DNA of 62,735 nt, the filler included, from Candidatus Tectimicrobiota bacterium (lineage in GTDB: Bacteria > JACPSX01), in the NCBI GenBank assembly GCA_016193065.1. It is 6 parts of 6 records of this genome, joined end to end, with 100 filler letters (N's around TTAATTAATTAA, not from the genome) between each part and the next. Parts side by side here need not be neighbours in the genome. Positions count along the whole stretch, not along the records: positions 1 to 16,964 come from JACPSX010000200.1; positions 17,065 to 37,602 come from JACPSX010000201.1; 4 more parts are not named here. One strand, 5' to 3'. Below, in pieces: positions 8,706 through 18,612 of this stretch (position 1 is the first letter of the stretch; every line of letters begins with the position of its first letter). Both the position numbers and the translations under genes were made by a program. The notes under the pieces were generated by a model. The model made no database searches and had not been told where the DNA came from. It saw only the letters and a program-made list of their open reading frames with translations.

Positions 8706-10166
8706 GTGAATGTGTCCATCTCCTCTCGCATCGTCATTGTTGGTGGCGGCGTGGCGGGTCTTGCCGCCGCGAACCGGCTGGTTGAGGAGCGGGCCCGGGG
8801 CGAGCTCCCGTTGGAAATCATTCTGCTGGAAGCGGAGCCGCGCCTCGGGGGTGTCATCCGCACGGTCCGGCGCGACGGGTTTCTCATCGAAAGTGGACCC
8901 GACAGCTTCATCACGGAAAAGCCCTGGGCGATCGATTTATGCCGACGATTGGGACTGGAAGGCGAGCTGATCGGGACAAACGAGGCCTGCCGGCGGAGCT
9001 TCATCATCAGAGGTGGCCGTCTCATGCCGGTCCCCGAAGCCTTCTATCTACTCGCCCCTGCTCGCCTCGGTCCCTTCCTTTCCACGCCGATTTTTTCCTG
9101 GCCGGGAAAATTCCGCATGATGCTGGATCTGTTCTTGCCTCGGCGAAAGGTGGACGCCGACGAAAGCCTGGCGTCCTTTGTCCGGCGACGGCTGGGGAAA
9201 GAGGCGCTGGAGCGCATGGCACAGCCCATGGTGGCGGGAATCTACACAGCAGACCCCGAACGGCTCAGCCTGCGCGCCACGTTTCCGCGCTTTCATGAGA
9301 TGGAGCGGGTGCACGGGAGCATGATCCGGGCTCTGCGGGCCAGGGTCCGGAACCCATCCGCCCGGGGCCAGGAGGCAAGCGGTCCGCGCTACGGGCTGTT
9401 TGCCACCCTGCGGTCGGGGATGCAGACCATCCCCGACACACTGTCAGCCCGCCTCACCGATGTGACGATTCGCACCGGCGTCAGAGTTTCCGAACTCAGA
9501 CCGGGAGGAACGGGGAGCCGCTGGCTCGTGCGCACGACTGCGGGGGGAGAAATCCCCGCCGATGCCCTCTGCCTTGCCATCCCGGCAGACCGGGCGGGTG
9601 CATTGTTAAACGGTACAGATCCCATCCTGGCCCAGGCACTCGGGAGAATCCCCTACGCCTCCACCATCACCCTCCACGCCGCCTACCGACGGGAGGACGT
9701 ACCCCACCCCCTCACCGGGTTCGGATTTGTGGTGCCGGCGGTAGAAAACAGGGATATTTTAGCCTGCACCTTTGCCAGCGTGAAGTTCCCGGGAAGAGCC
9801 CCCGACGGTACGGTGCTGCTGCGGGCCTTCCTGGGCGGAGCAACCCGGCCGGACTTGGCGCAGCGGGATGATGCGGAACTGGAAGCGGCCGTCCACAGGG
9901 AGCTCTGCGTTCTCCTGGGGATCGAGGCAGAACCCCTCTTTGTGGAAATCCACCGCCATCCGCAGTCCATGGCCCAGTACCTAGTGGGTCACCCCGATCG
10001 GGTCCGGGAGATCACGGCCCGGGTCCTTGCCCATCCGGGTCTCGCCCTGGCCGGAAACGGATATGAGGGGATCGGGGTACCGGACTGTATCCACAGCGGA
10101 GAAAGAGCCGCAGAGGAACTGCTGCGAGACTTTCCGCAAGTTCTCCCTCTGCAGGAGCATTCCTGA
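8706..10166 (+). CDS. hemY: HemY-type proto-/coproporphyrinogen oxidase
   Basis: GGGVAGL FAD motif, ESGPDSF, GFGFVVP, QYLVGH, GIGVPDCI. Confidence 0.93.
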   Translation: MNVSISSRIVIVGGGVAGLAAANRLVEERARGELPLEIILLEAEPRLGGVIRTVRRDGFLIESGPDSFITEKPWAIDLCRRLGLEGELIGTNEACRRSFIIRGGRLMPVPEAFYLLAPARLGPFLSTPIFSWPGKFRMMLDLFLPRRKVDADESLASFVRRRLGKEALERMAQPMVAGIYTADPERLSLRATFPRFHEMERVHGSMIRALRARVRNPSARGQEASGPRYGLFATLRSGMQTIPDTLSARLTDVTIRTGVRVSELRPGGTGSRWLVRTTAGGEIPADALCLAIPADRAGALLNGTDPILAQALGRIPYASTITLHAAYRREDVPHPLTGFGFVVPAVENRDILACTFASVKFPGRAPDGTVLLRAFLGGATRPDLAQRDDAELEAAVHRELCVLLGIEAEPLFVEIHRHPQSMAQYLVGHPDRVREITARVLAHPGLALAGNGYEGIGVPDCIHSGERAAEELLRDFPQVLPLQEHS

Positions 10167-10381
10167 AAAGGGCTTGCGGCCTCGTCCTGTTTTTCCTATA
10201 CTGGCGCGATAGTGTGCCGGGAAAACAATCATTTGCAGCGAATCCCCGCGCGCACCCCATACGAACTCTGTAAAACGCTCAGAGTGAAATCCGGGCAAGA
10301 GGAGTCAAGAGGCTTCACCGGGAAGGCATGCTCGGTGACCGATTCGTGACCTAAACCTTCAACTGCTTTCAGAGAAGACGG

Positions 10382-12127
10382 ATGGCAGCCGAAAACACGG
10401 ACAAACGAAAACTCACGGTACGGGTCGCCATGGGGCAGCATCCGGCCGACCTCGTGGTGCGCGGTGGAACCCTGATCAACGTCTACACAGGGGAACTTCA
10501 GGAAGATACCTCCGTGGCAATTATGGGGGACACAATTGCAGCGGTCGGACAGGGAATCCCGGTTTCCATTGGGCCGGAAACTCTCGTCCTCGAGGCGAAA
10601 GGGAAATTTCTTTCCCCAGGATTCCTGGATGTTCATACCCACATCCTCAACATCTTCCGGATCGCCGAGTATGTCCGCTGGGCTGCTCCCCGAGGGAATA
10701 CCTGCGTGATCACCGAGACCCTGGAGCTGGCCAACGCCGTGGGGCGCCGGGGGGTCGAAGCGTTTCTGGAAGAGATCCGCGACCAGCCCATTGAAATTTT
10801 CGCCCTGGCACCGGCCAAAGTCCCCACCTATCCGGAATTTGAGCGGGGGGCTCCCTTTGCTCTGGAAGACCACCGGCATCTTCTGGCCCACGAGCGGGTC
10901 CTGGGCGTCGGGGAAACGAACTGGCCCCTGGTCACAGGCCTGGACGAAACTTCTTTCCAGATCCTGGAGCTGGGCAGCCGGGCGGGAAAATTCTTGCAAG
11001 GACACGGGGCGGGCGCGCGCGGGGAAAAGCTGCAAGCCTACGCCGCCGCAGGAATCACCTCCTGCCATGAGCCGATCGCCCTGCCCGAGATCCTGGAGCG
11101 CCTCCGGCTGGGGATCTATACTATGGTCCGGCAAGGAGGAGTGCGCAGGGATTTGGAAGCCCTCAAGGGGATCGAAACGCTGCGTCGGCTGGTCCTCGTA
11201 AGCGACGGCATTTCCCCGGAAAGTCTGGTGGAGGGCACCGACATCACCGGCTGCGTCCAGAAAGCCATTGCCCTGGGGATTCCCCCGATCCAGGCCATCC
11301 AAACGGTCACACTGAACGCCGCCGAGAGTATGGGTCTCTCGAATCGAGGGGGCATTGCCCCCGGAAAGATTGCGGACCTGTTGATCCTGGAAGATCTAAA
11401 CTCTCTGCGCTGTCAGACGGTCATCTGTAGAGGAAAGATCATCGCCCGGGACGGGAAGCTCCTCGAGCCTGCTCCCATGAACCTCTATCCCTCCTGGATC
11501 TACCACAGCTTGAATCTCCCGGAGACCCACCCGGCCGATTTTCGCATCCCCTTTGCCGGCACCAGAGCCGCTGTACGAGTGGTCCATATCGCGGGAGACA
11601 TGCTCACCAAGGAGGATCGGGCGGAAATTTCCGGGAAAAATGGGGAGCTTCACGCCATTCCAGAGGAGGATCTTCTCAAAGTTGCCGTCATCAATCGTTA
11701 CGACCACCCGGGGGAAAAGTTTGTAGGGTTCGTCAAGGGGTACGGTCTCCGGCGAGGAGCCGCGGCCAACAGCTTCTCCTGGGTCACCAACAATGTGGTG
11801 GTGGTGGGGGCCAACGACCAGGACATGGCCTTGGCCGTAAACCGCCTGCGCGAGCTGCAAGGAGGAGTTGTGTTCTGCTCCGGCGGAAAGGTCGTAAAGG
11901 AAATCGCCTTCCCCCTGGCCGGAATTATCTCCGAGGAGCCCATGGACGCGCTGGCCAGGAAGATCCTCGACCTGGAAGACGCCCAGCGCAGGGAAGGGTC
12001 CACGCTGCGCTCCCCTTTCCTGACGCTGCAGACCCTGCCCTTTACAGGGGTCCCCTTCCTGCGCCCCACCGACCTGGGTTTGGTCGATGTTCGCGCCCGT
12101 AAATTTGTCGACCTCATTTACCAATGA
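10382..12127 (+). CDS. ade: Adenine deaminase family amidohydrolase
   Basis: PGFLDVHTHI, SCHE, GGIAPGKIADL and the Ade C-terminal domain; some metal ligands look divergent, so the substrate is uncertain. Confidence 0.8.
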   Translation: MAAENTDKRKLTVRVAMGQHPADLVVRGGTLINVYTGELQEDTSVAIMGDTIAAVGQGIPVSIGPETLVLEAKGKFLSPGFLDVHTHILNIFRIAEYVRWAAPRGNTCVITETLELANAVGRRGVEAFLEEIRDQPIEIFALAPAKVPTYPEFERGAPFALEDHRHLLAHERVLGVGETNWPLVTGLDETSFQILELGSRAGKFLQGHGAGARGEKLQAYAAAGITSCHEPIALPEILERLRLGIYTMVRQGGVRRDLEALKGIETLRRLVLVSDGISPESLVEGTDITGCVQKAIALGIPPIQAIQTVTLNAAESMGLSNRGGIAPGKIADLLILEDLNSLRCQTVICRGKIIARDGKLLEPAPMNLYPSWIYHSLNLPETHPADFRIPFAGTRAAVRVVHIAGDMLTKEDRAEISGKNGELHAIPEEDLLKVAVINRYDHPGEKFVGFVKGYGLRRGAAANSFSWVTNNVVVVGANDQDMALAVNRLRELQGGVVFCSGGKVVKEIAFPLAGIISEEPMDALARKILDLEDAQRREGSTLRSPFLTLQTLPFTGVPFLRPTDLGLVDVRARKFVDLIYQ

Positions 12128-12885
12128 TCTCTTCCCTTTCCACCGAGTGGATCCTGGTTCTGGTCTTTCTCATGGGCGCCGTGGTCAGCGCCTTTGCCAC
12201 TCTGGTCGGCGGCGGGAGCCTGCTTACGATACCGATCCTGATCCTGCTGGGCCTCCCCTCCCAGGTAGCCATCGCCACAAACCGCTTCGGTAATCTCGGA
12301 CTTCTCCTGGCAGGTCTGTACAAATTTGGCGAGAAAAAGCTCGTGAATTACAAGCTGGGGTCGATTCTAGCGGTCTCCTCCGTCCTGGGTTCAGTCGCTG
12401 GAGCGAACCTGGTTCTGAAAGCCTCCGACCTGGCCTTGCGTCGCACGATTGCCGTGATGACTTTTCTCGTCCTCGGCATTTTCATGCTGATGCCGGGGAT
12501 CGGCTTGCGGCATCGGGATCTGCAACTGCACTGGGGGCACTGGTTTCTGGGCATCCTCATCAGCTTTGGCCTCGGCGTCTACGGCGGCTTTTTCGGTGCC
12601 GCCATGGGAACTTTTTTTACTTACTTATTGGTCTTGCTCTTCGGGGAGTCTTTTATAGAAAGCGCCGGGACCCGCAAGATCGCCTCCACCGCTCTGTCAC
12701 TGGCGGCGACCTTTATCTACATGTGGCATCAAAAGGTGCTCTACAACGTCGGGTTTTCTTTATTTGCAGGCATGGCCCTGGGCTCTTACTTCGGGGCCCA
12801 CTACTCGACCGCCCTGGGGAACCTCTGGATCCGGCGCTTGTTCATCGGCGTCGTCATCCTCCTGGCAGCCCGCTTGCTGGTGTAA
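12124..12885 (+). CDS. TauE/SafE (sulfite exporter) family membrane protein
   Basis: GGGSLLTIP, AIATN, GVYGGFFG motifs; multi-TM. Confidence 0.88.
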   Translation: MISSLSTEWILVLVFLMGAVVSAFATLVGGGSLLTIPILILLGLPSQVAIATNRFGNLGLLLAGLYKFGEKKLVNYKLGSILAVSSVLGSVAGANLVLKASDLALRRTIAVMTFLVLGIFMLMPGIGLRHRDLQLHWGHWFLGILISFGLGVYGGFFGAAMGTFFTYLLVLLFGESFIESAGTRKIASTALSLAATFIYMWHQKVLYNVGFSLFAGMALGSYFGAHYSTALGNLWIRRLFIGVVILLAARLLV

Positions 12886-12906
12886 TCTCTCCTCCGCGCT
12901 CCAGCT

Positions 12907-13560
12907 CTATGGGTCGGAATCGGAGGATGTTTTCCTCCGGGAAGAAGAGATTTTTGTCGGTTCTTCTTCGATCACCTCTCCGGGGATCATCGAGAAGAAA
13001 CCCGCGGATCGGAGCCGGTCGAGAGCGTTCCGAAGGAGAGAGCAAAGTACGGCCACAGGGAAAAAGATAACGATCTCCCGCCAAGTTGCGGCCAACACCA
13101 AAGGGAAATCCCTTCCCACCAGTTCACTAAACCCATTCGCCCCCCCCACCCGCGGAAGCAGGGGCCAGGGGAAACTGAAGCGCTGCCCCAAGAAGGGGGA
13201 AAAAAGGGCTACCCCATCCTGAAGAGGAGCACCCGTCAGGTAATCCAGCAAGGGGTGACTGAGGAGCACCCCTGTATAAGCGGTAAACCACGGCCAGAAC
13301 GGCTCCGCCCCCCGGCGTCCCGTGTGCAGGGCCAAGAGGGCGCCCAGGACAGGGAGGAAAAAGAGAGAATGAGAAAACGTGCGGTGGAAAACCTGCGGAC
13401 TCCCCCCAAAAAGCCAGACGATCCCCAAGTCCAGGTCCGGAACCAGAGCAAGGGCCATAACCGCCAGCATTCTTTTCCCCCTCACGGGCTTACCGTTACT
13501 GGGAGCGGCAAGAAAATAGGCGGAGAGCCCTCCCAATGCATGGCCTACCAGCAAAGACAC
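12907..13560 (-). CDS. Membrane-bound metal-dependent hydrolase (YdjM-like)
   Basis: GH, PDLD, HRTFSHS, SHPLLD motifs; GTG start at 13560 inferred. Confidence 0.82.
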   Translation of the reverse strand: MSLLVGHALGGLSAYFLAAPSNGKPVRGKRMLAVMALALVPDLDLGIVWLFGGSPQVFHRTFSHSLFFLPVLGALLALHTGRRGAEPFWPWFTAYTGVLLSHPLLDYLTGAPLQDGVALFSPFLGQRFSFPWPLLPRVGGANGFSELVGRDFPLVLAATWREIVIFFPVAVLCSLLRNALDRLRSAGFFSMIPGEVIEEEPTKISSSRRKTSSDSDP

Positions 13561-13683
13561 GTTCCATCCCCCCGGCCGGGAATCCAACCGGACCCCTCTC
13601 TCCCGTTCAAACGCCCAGGGACACCTTTGCTTTCCGATATCCTGTGGTAAGATAAATCGACACTCGGGAGAGGAGGAATCAAT

Positions 13684-14127
13684 GTGTCCCTGACCCTTGG
13701 AGATATCATGAGCAATCCGGTCATATTAATCACCCTGGACAATACCCTCGGAGAGGCCGCTGATCTCATGCGGCGATCTGCAGTCCGCCACTTCCCTGTG
13801 ATCGACCCCGAAACGCGAACTCTGAAGGGAATTCTCACTGATCGGGACCTAAGAAAGCACCTGAGCCCGAGGCTCGGGACAGAGGCTGAAACTGAGGAGG
13901 ACCGAAAGACGCTGAAAATCCCGGTCCACAAAGTGATGGTGCGCCGACTCTACACAGCGACACCGGAAACTTCCCTTCGAGAGGGAGCCAGACTCCTCAT
14001 GACCAAGAAGATCGGCTGTTTACCGGTTGTTGATGACCGCCGCAGACTTTTGGGGATCGTTACGGAATCGGACTTCGTCAAGCTCCTGGCCGAAAACGTG
14101 GCGGTCGTTCCTTACAAAGGCTTATAG
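13684..14127 (+). CDS. CBS domain-pair protein (AcuB-like)
   Basis: RHFPVID..GILTDRDL and GCLPVVD..GIVTESD; AGGAGG RBS. Confidence 0.9.
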   Translation: MSLTLGDIMSNPVILITLDNTLGEAADLMRRSAVRHFPVIDPETRTLKGILTDRDLRKHLSPRLGTEAETEEDRKTLKIPVHKVMVRRLYTATPETSLREGARLLMTKKIGCLPVVDDRRRLLGIVTESDFVKLLAENVAVVPYKGL

Positions 14128-14139
14128 GATCACAGGAAT

Positions 14140-14454
14140 TTGAGAGGGGGAACTCCATTGCAAAATTATGACGAGGTTGAACACCTGGTAAAACGTCTGC
14201 TAAAGAAGCTCTCCATCCCGGCCCAGGTCACTGCGGGCTGGTCATATGACGACGGGGCCTACCTCGTTTACCTGATGGCCAACACCCGGGAGGCCACGGT
14301 CAGTATTCCTCCAGACCTTGTCGAAGACGCCTTGACCGGGGGGAAGCGGCTCTCCGAGCTGGAAGGATTAGTTCAGCGAGGGGCGGCCCGGCTCCAGAAG
14401 GAGGCCCACTATTTGAAAACTGATGTCAAGCTCATGGACCGGTGGTCCTCCTAG
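14140..14454 (+). CDS. Hypothetical protein
   Basis: Co-oriented ORF 12 nt after the CBS gene, protein-like composition. Confidence 0.6.
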   Translation: MRGGTPLQNYDEVEHLVKRLLKKLSIPAQVTAGWSYDDGAYLVYLMANTREATVSIPPDLVEDALTGGKRLSELEGLVQRGAARLQKEAHYLKTDVKLMDRWSS

Positions 14455-14704
14455 CCCCGGCTCAGGAAGTGTCCCTGTGCAGGAATAAAGCTGGCTCTAA
14501 CTCCGAGGGAGCTGCCCCGCAGGCGAGAGGTTGCGAGGCAAGCATCCCTCGGCTCGGCCAGCGCATCTCACGTCGCAAGCTCTCCGGGAGCCGCACCCAT
14601 AGGATGGGTACCCGCATCCTGGGTGTGGGCACTCCCGAGGCCCCCTCCATGTAACACATTACTAGCTTACCTCCAGTAGGTACTCCCGGATCTGATCGCG
14701 GTCC

Positions 14705-15997
14705 TCAGGGCACGTTTTCCTTCCCCTTGGCATCCTTCACGATGGTCTTTTCGGTGATCACAGCCCGATCGCAGTCCCTCACCGCTAGGTCCAAATACCT
14801 CTTCAGATGCTCCCGGGCCAGCTCTTTATCCTTGCGCTTGAAGTAGAGGAGGCCCAGTTCGCGGTGCGGAGCCGCATAATCCGGGTCGTACTGCAAGGCC
14901 AGAAGGTATTCCCGCATTGCTTCCCGGGTGCCCCCGGCGTCCTTAGCCGAACGCCGGTACAGCTCTCCCATATAGTAGTGAGCCTTTGGATCGTTCGGCT
15001 GAAGCTTAAGCACCTTTTCCAACTGGGTCCGGGCCAGATCATAGCGGCCCGCCTCAATGTCCAGGAGGGCATTCTCGCGCACGAGGGCCCGGGTGCGGCG
15101 CTGAAAGTCCTCCGTGTTTACAACCCGGCCGGGTTCCTCCGCCGTCTGCCGGTACCGGGTCGCCAGGAGCATATTGTAATTCTCGATCCGCTCCCGGTTT
15201 GTGGAGTGGTTGCCGAAGAAGAAGTTCTCGATCTTTGTCTGGTCTCCGTAGGTTTTCAAAAACAGTTGAAAGACCTTGGAGGCTTCCTTGGGATCATAGC
15301 CGGCCCGCACCATATTCTCCAGCCCACCGTCATCGGCCTGGTCTTCCAAGTCTCGGCCGTAGCCGTTCACGGCAGCCAGAAGTCCCAGTTGCAATCCCAA
15401 TCCCAGCATAACCTGCGCGGTCTGGTTCAGAACCTGCGCGGTCACCAGGTTTCCCTCTTTGGCCTGCTTGCCGGAGACCGCGGCCACGGCAATGCTGGCG
15501 GCAATCCCCACCACGGTCGCCGCAATCACCTTCCCCTTTGCGCTCCGGTAATAGCGCACCCCATCCCGGTGAACCACATGGCTCATCTCGTGCCCCAGAA
15601 CCGCTGCCAGTTGAGCCTCATTTTCCAGCCGGGAGATGAGGCCCGTGTGGACGTAAATATGACCGTTGGGATAGGCAAATGCGTTTAGGGCGGGATCCTT
15701 GATGACGTGGAACTGAAACTCGACCCCTGCTTCCTTCACCGGATGGGGCTCCAGCTTCTTGGCAATCCCGGCCAGGTACTCTTCCAGGAGTGGATCCTTA
15801 TAAAGCTTGCCGGTTCCGGCGAGCTTCCTCTGCTCCTTTTCACTTTGCTGCCAGATCTCCTTTTCGTCGCTGGCCAGCTCGAATTTCTTCCCGGTCGCAC
15901 CGATGGGTGGAATGTTCGGACTGGCACAGGAGAGAAGAAAAGCAGACAAAAGGAAAAAGACGGTCCAGCGCAGGACCCGCTTCATTCTCCCAAACAC
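14705..15997 (-). CDS. M48 family metallopeptidase lipoprotein with TPR repeats
   Basis: Lipobox LLSC, NAFAYPNG, HEMSH, EDQAD, C-terminal TPRs. Confidence 0.9.
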   Translation of the reverse strand: MFGRMKRVLRWTVFFLLSAFLLSCASPNIPPIGATGKKFELASDEKEIWQQSEKEQRKLAGTGKLYKDPLLEEYLAGIAKKLEPHPVKEAGVEFQFHVIKDPALNAFAYPNGHIYVHTGLISRLENEAQLAAVLGHEMSHVVHRDGVRYYRSAKGKVIAATVVGIAASIAVAAVSGKQAKEGNLVTAQVLNQTAQVMLGLGLQLGLLAAVNGYGRDLEDQADDGGLENMVRAGYDPKEASKVFQLFLKTYGDQTKIENFFFGNHSTNRERIENYNMLLATRYRQTAEEPGRVVNTEDFQRRTRALVRENALLDIEAGRYDLARTQLEKVLKLQPNDPKAHYYMGELYRRSAKDAGGTREAMREYLLALQYDPDYAAPHRELGLLYFKRKDKELAREHLKRYLDLAVRDCDRAVITEKTIVKDAKGKENVP

Positions 15998-16021
15998 GAC
16001 GTAACCCTCCTTGCTTGCTGC

Positions 16022-16435
16022 TCAGGGCGTCGTTTCGGACACCATCAGAGACATCTGCCTGATCCCCGCCCCCCGGACCAAGTCCACCAGTCGAATGACC
16101 CGCTCGTAGGGAACCGCCCGATCCGCTCCAAGGACAATCCCCCCCTCGGGGTCGCGGCTGGCCAAATCCCTGAGCTTAGTGGTGAGATTTCTTTCATCGA
16201 CCCGCTCGCTGTCAAAATAAAGCTCCCCCTTGGGCGTCAGCACGACCCTGTGTACCTTGGCAGCTAAAGCTTCGCCGGAGCGGGAGCGGGGGAGATCGAC
16301 AGGAATGCCCGGATTTACAATGAGCGTCGCGGTGGCCATGAAAATAATCAGCAGGACCAAGACCACATCAACCAGGGGGGTGATGTTGATCGCGGTTATC
16401 CCCTCTTCATCGGCGGAGTTGAGGTTTCCGGCCAT
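16022..16435 (-). CDS. exbD: ExbD/TolR biopolymer transporter
   Basis: INITPLVDVVLVLLIIFM, VDLP, ADRAVPY. Confidence 0.92.
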   Translation of the reverse strand: MAGNLNSADEEGITAINITPLVDVVLVLLIIFMATATLIVNPGIPVDLPRSRSGEALAAKVHRVVLTPKGELYFDSERVDERNLTTKLRDLASRDPEGGIVLGADRAVPYERVIRLVDLVRGAGIRQMSLMVSETTP

Positions 16436-16964
16436 GGGTTTTGCTCCAGGTTACGCCGCAGGAGGGACAATATCCTCAGGTAGACGCTTTCGGTCTGACT
16501 CGAGACCTCTTTGACGCGGCGCTGAAAATAATTATAGGCAATGACGGCCGGTATGGCCACAAAAAGTCCGGCTGCCGTGGCCACCAGGGCTTCCGAAATC
16601 CCCCGCATGACTACGCTGGGCCCGCCCCCGGTGTTGAACGAGAGGTCGTAAAACGCTCTGATGATCCCCAATACCGTGCCGAAAAGGCCGATAAACGGCG
16701 CATTATTTCCCAGGGTTCCCAGAATGGACAGGCCCTTTTCCATGCGAATCCGCTCCTGGAGAAAAGCCCCCTGGAAACGGTCCTGAGCGATTTCCGGGCT
16801 GCTTGGCGGGTCCTCCAGCCCGGCCGCCACCACCCGCCCGCCGAATCCGCCGATCATCCGGGCCACGGCTCTCGCCTCCCCATAATTCCCCTTGCGCAGC
16901 GGGTCCGTAACCCCATCTCCCAGGAGTTCCAGGGACAGCCGGTTCCGCCGGAAGTAAACCGCCC
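16396..16964 (-). CDS. exbB: MotA/TolQ/ExbB proton channel, 5'-truncated by contig end
   Basis: LGTLGNNAPFIGLFGTVLGII, GISEALVATAAGL. Confidence 0.92.
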
Positions 16965-17064
16965 NNNNNNNNNNNNNNNNNNNNNNNNNNNNNNNNNNNN
17001 NNNNNNNNTTAATTAATTAANNNNNNNNNNNNNNNNNNNNNNNNNNNNNNNNNNNNNNNNNNNN
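16965..17064. other. Artificial contig linker
   Basis: N-run + TTAATTAATTAA + N-run; same linker at 37603-37702, 52883-52982, 56820-56919 and 59627-59726. Confidence 0.98.
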
Positions 17065-17065
17065 A

Positions 17066-17414
17066 GATCGCCTGCGGGGGCAACCCCTCGGAGGAGAGAG
17101 TACCAAGGGGACTGTCCTTCCTGCCCTGAGCGCAACTGCCGGGAGCAGCGGCACCCAGAGGGTACCCGACCGGGAGCGGCCAGGGATGGGAAACCGCGCA
17201 GCCTAAACTCGCTTGCAGATAGATGAAAGTCTATCGTGGCGGTAGCGGAGGGATCCCACCCTGGCCGCCCCGCTGCGGGACACCCGCAAGGCGGGTACCC
17301 GGAGCGAAGGGCAGGAAGACAGTCCCTTTGCCAGGGATTCGCCAAAAGTGGGGATGGGTAAGGGTATCTTGTTCCTTTGCCCGTACGGCCCTAGTGCACT
17401 CTCCGCCGGTGATC
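17066..17414 (+). ncRNA. Candidate ~350-nt structured RNA, or a nested palindromic/MITE-like element
   Basis: At least five nested long-range helices plus hairpins; G-U pairs and GNRA loops on the + strand; no credible ORF. Confidence 0.45.
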
Positions 17415-17427
17415 CGTGAAAAGGATC

Positions 17428-17482
17428 TTGACAGAGGTGCTGTTGTTCAACTATTATTACCACTGTTTCCAATATCTGAACA
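17428..17482 (+). promoter_or_regulatory. sigma70-like promoter and probable IclR operator
   Basis: TTGACA(17428)-N18-TATTAT(17452); TGTTCA(17444)...TGAACA(17477) inverted half-sites. Confidence 0.55.
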
Positions 17483-17495
17483 AGGATCGGGATCC

Positions 17496-18326
17496 ATGAC
17501 TTCCGCAAAGCTGGTCGGTTCCGCCAACAAGGCCCTCGCCATCCTGACCTCCTTCACCCTGGACAAGTTGGAGCGTGGGGTCAGTGAACTGAGCCGGGAA
17601 CTCGGCCTCCACAAGGCGACGGTGCATCATATCCTGAAAGATTTGGAGCGCTGGGCTTTCGTGCAGAAGGATGAAAAGACGCAAAAGTACCGTCTCGGAA
17701 TGCGGCTCTTGGAGCTGGGAGATCTCGTCCGCAGGAATTCGGATCTCATCCAGAACAGCCAGCCCTTTTTGGATGGGCTCAGCAGGAAGACCGGGGGGAC
17801 CGTCACTCTGAGGATTCTGGAGAAGGATAGCCTCCTGGTGCTCGCCAAGGCGGAGAGCGTTCACAATCTGAAAATTACCTACGATGTGGGCTCCCGCCTT
17901 CCCTGCAACTTCGGCGCCTCGGGGAAGCTGCTCCTGGCTTTTCTTCCGGTAGGGGAATTCCGGAGGCTGGCCCGGATGGGAAAGATCAGGAGGTTGACCC
18001 CCCGCACTGTGGTCAATCCCCGGGAGCTTGAGCAGGAGTTCGAAAGAATCCGCCGCCGCGGCTACGCCTTCAGCAGCGAGCAGGCCATCAGCGGGGCGCG
18101 GGGGGTGGCGGCTCCCATACGGGACCGGCTGGGCAACGTGGTGGCGGCTCTGGGGTTCAGCATGCCGGTGAGCCTCCTCCCGCAGAATAAAGTTCCGGAA
18201 ATTACCCGAGAAGTTCTGGAAACCGCCGCCGCAATCTCCGCCCGTTTGGGCTACCCGCCCCAGCTCAATGAAGAGCGGATGGATAAAGGAGCAAGGGATG
18301 ACGGCCGAAGAGCCGCGGCGCGTTAA
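17496..18326 (+). CDS. IclR family transcriptional regulator
   Basis: HTH GVSELSRELGLHKATVH, YRLG, GASGKLLLA, IRRRGYA, GVAAPI; ATG 17496 preferred. Confidence 0.93.
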   Translation: MTSAKLVGSANKALAILTSFTLDKLERGVSELSRELGLHKATVHHILKDLERWAFVQKDEKTQKYRLGMRLLELGDLVRRNSDLIQNSQPFLDGLSRKTGGTVTLRILEKDSLLVLAKAESVHNLKITYDVGSRLPCNFGASGKLLLAFLPVGEFRRLARMGKIRRLTPRTVVNPRELEQEFERIRRRGYAFSSEQAISGARGVAAPIRDRLGNVVAALGFSMPVSLLPQNKVPEITREVLETAAAISARLGYPPQLNEERMDKGARDDGRRAAAR

Positions 18327-18609
18327 GGTTGTCTATCTGGGGTTGGTGCGCAACGTGCTTGACTGTCCAGAGGAAGTGGCGGAGGTGGGAGACCGGACGA
18401 CAGTGGGCCAGCTCCTGGAGCAGTTAGCATCCCGACACGGAGATCCCTTTCGCTGGAGTGTCTTCAAGGGGAATGGAGAGCTTCGTTCCACTGTTCTGAT
18501 CTGTATGAACGATTCCGATGTTTCTCAACTCAGTGGCCTGGAGACCCAACTGGAAGCCGGCGCCCAGTTGACCGTCATCGTGGGGGTCTACCCCCCGGAG
18601 GGAGGATAG
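18298..18609 (+). CDS. MoaD/ThiS family sulfur carrier
   Basis: Ubiquitin-like size, C-terminal PPEGG; AAGGAG RBS. Confidence 0.85.
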   Translation: MTAEEPRRVKVVYLGLVRNVLDCPEEVAEVGDRTTVGQLLEQLASRHGDPFRWSVFKGNGELRSTVLICMNDSDVSQLSGLETQLEAGAQLTVIVGVYPPEGG

Positions 18610-18612
18610 ATA

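Noticed and set aside
10170-10380. Purine riboswitch upstream of the adenine deaminase
   Set aside because: The conserved purine-aptamer core and loop sequences were not found.
17190-17250. c-di-GMP-I or Moco riboswitch (GCCTAAAC...GGTAGCGG)
   Set aside because: Resembles only one stem; the GGCAAA..GAAA..GACGCAAAG half and the Moco motif order are absent.
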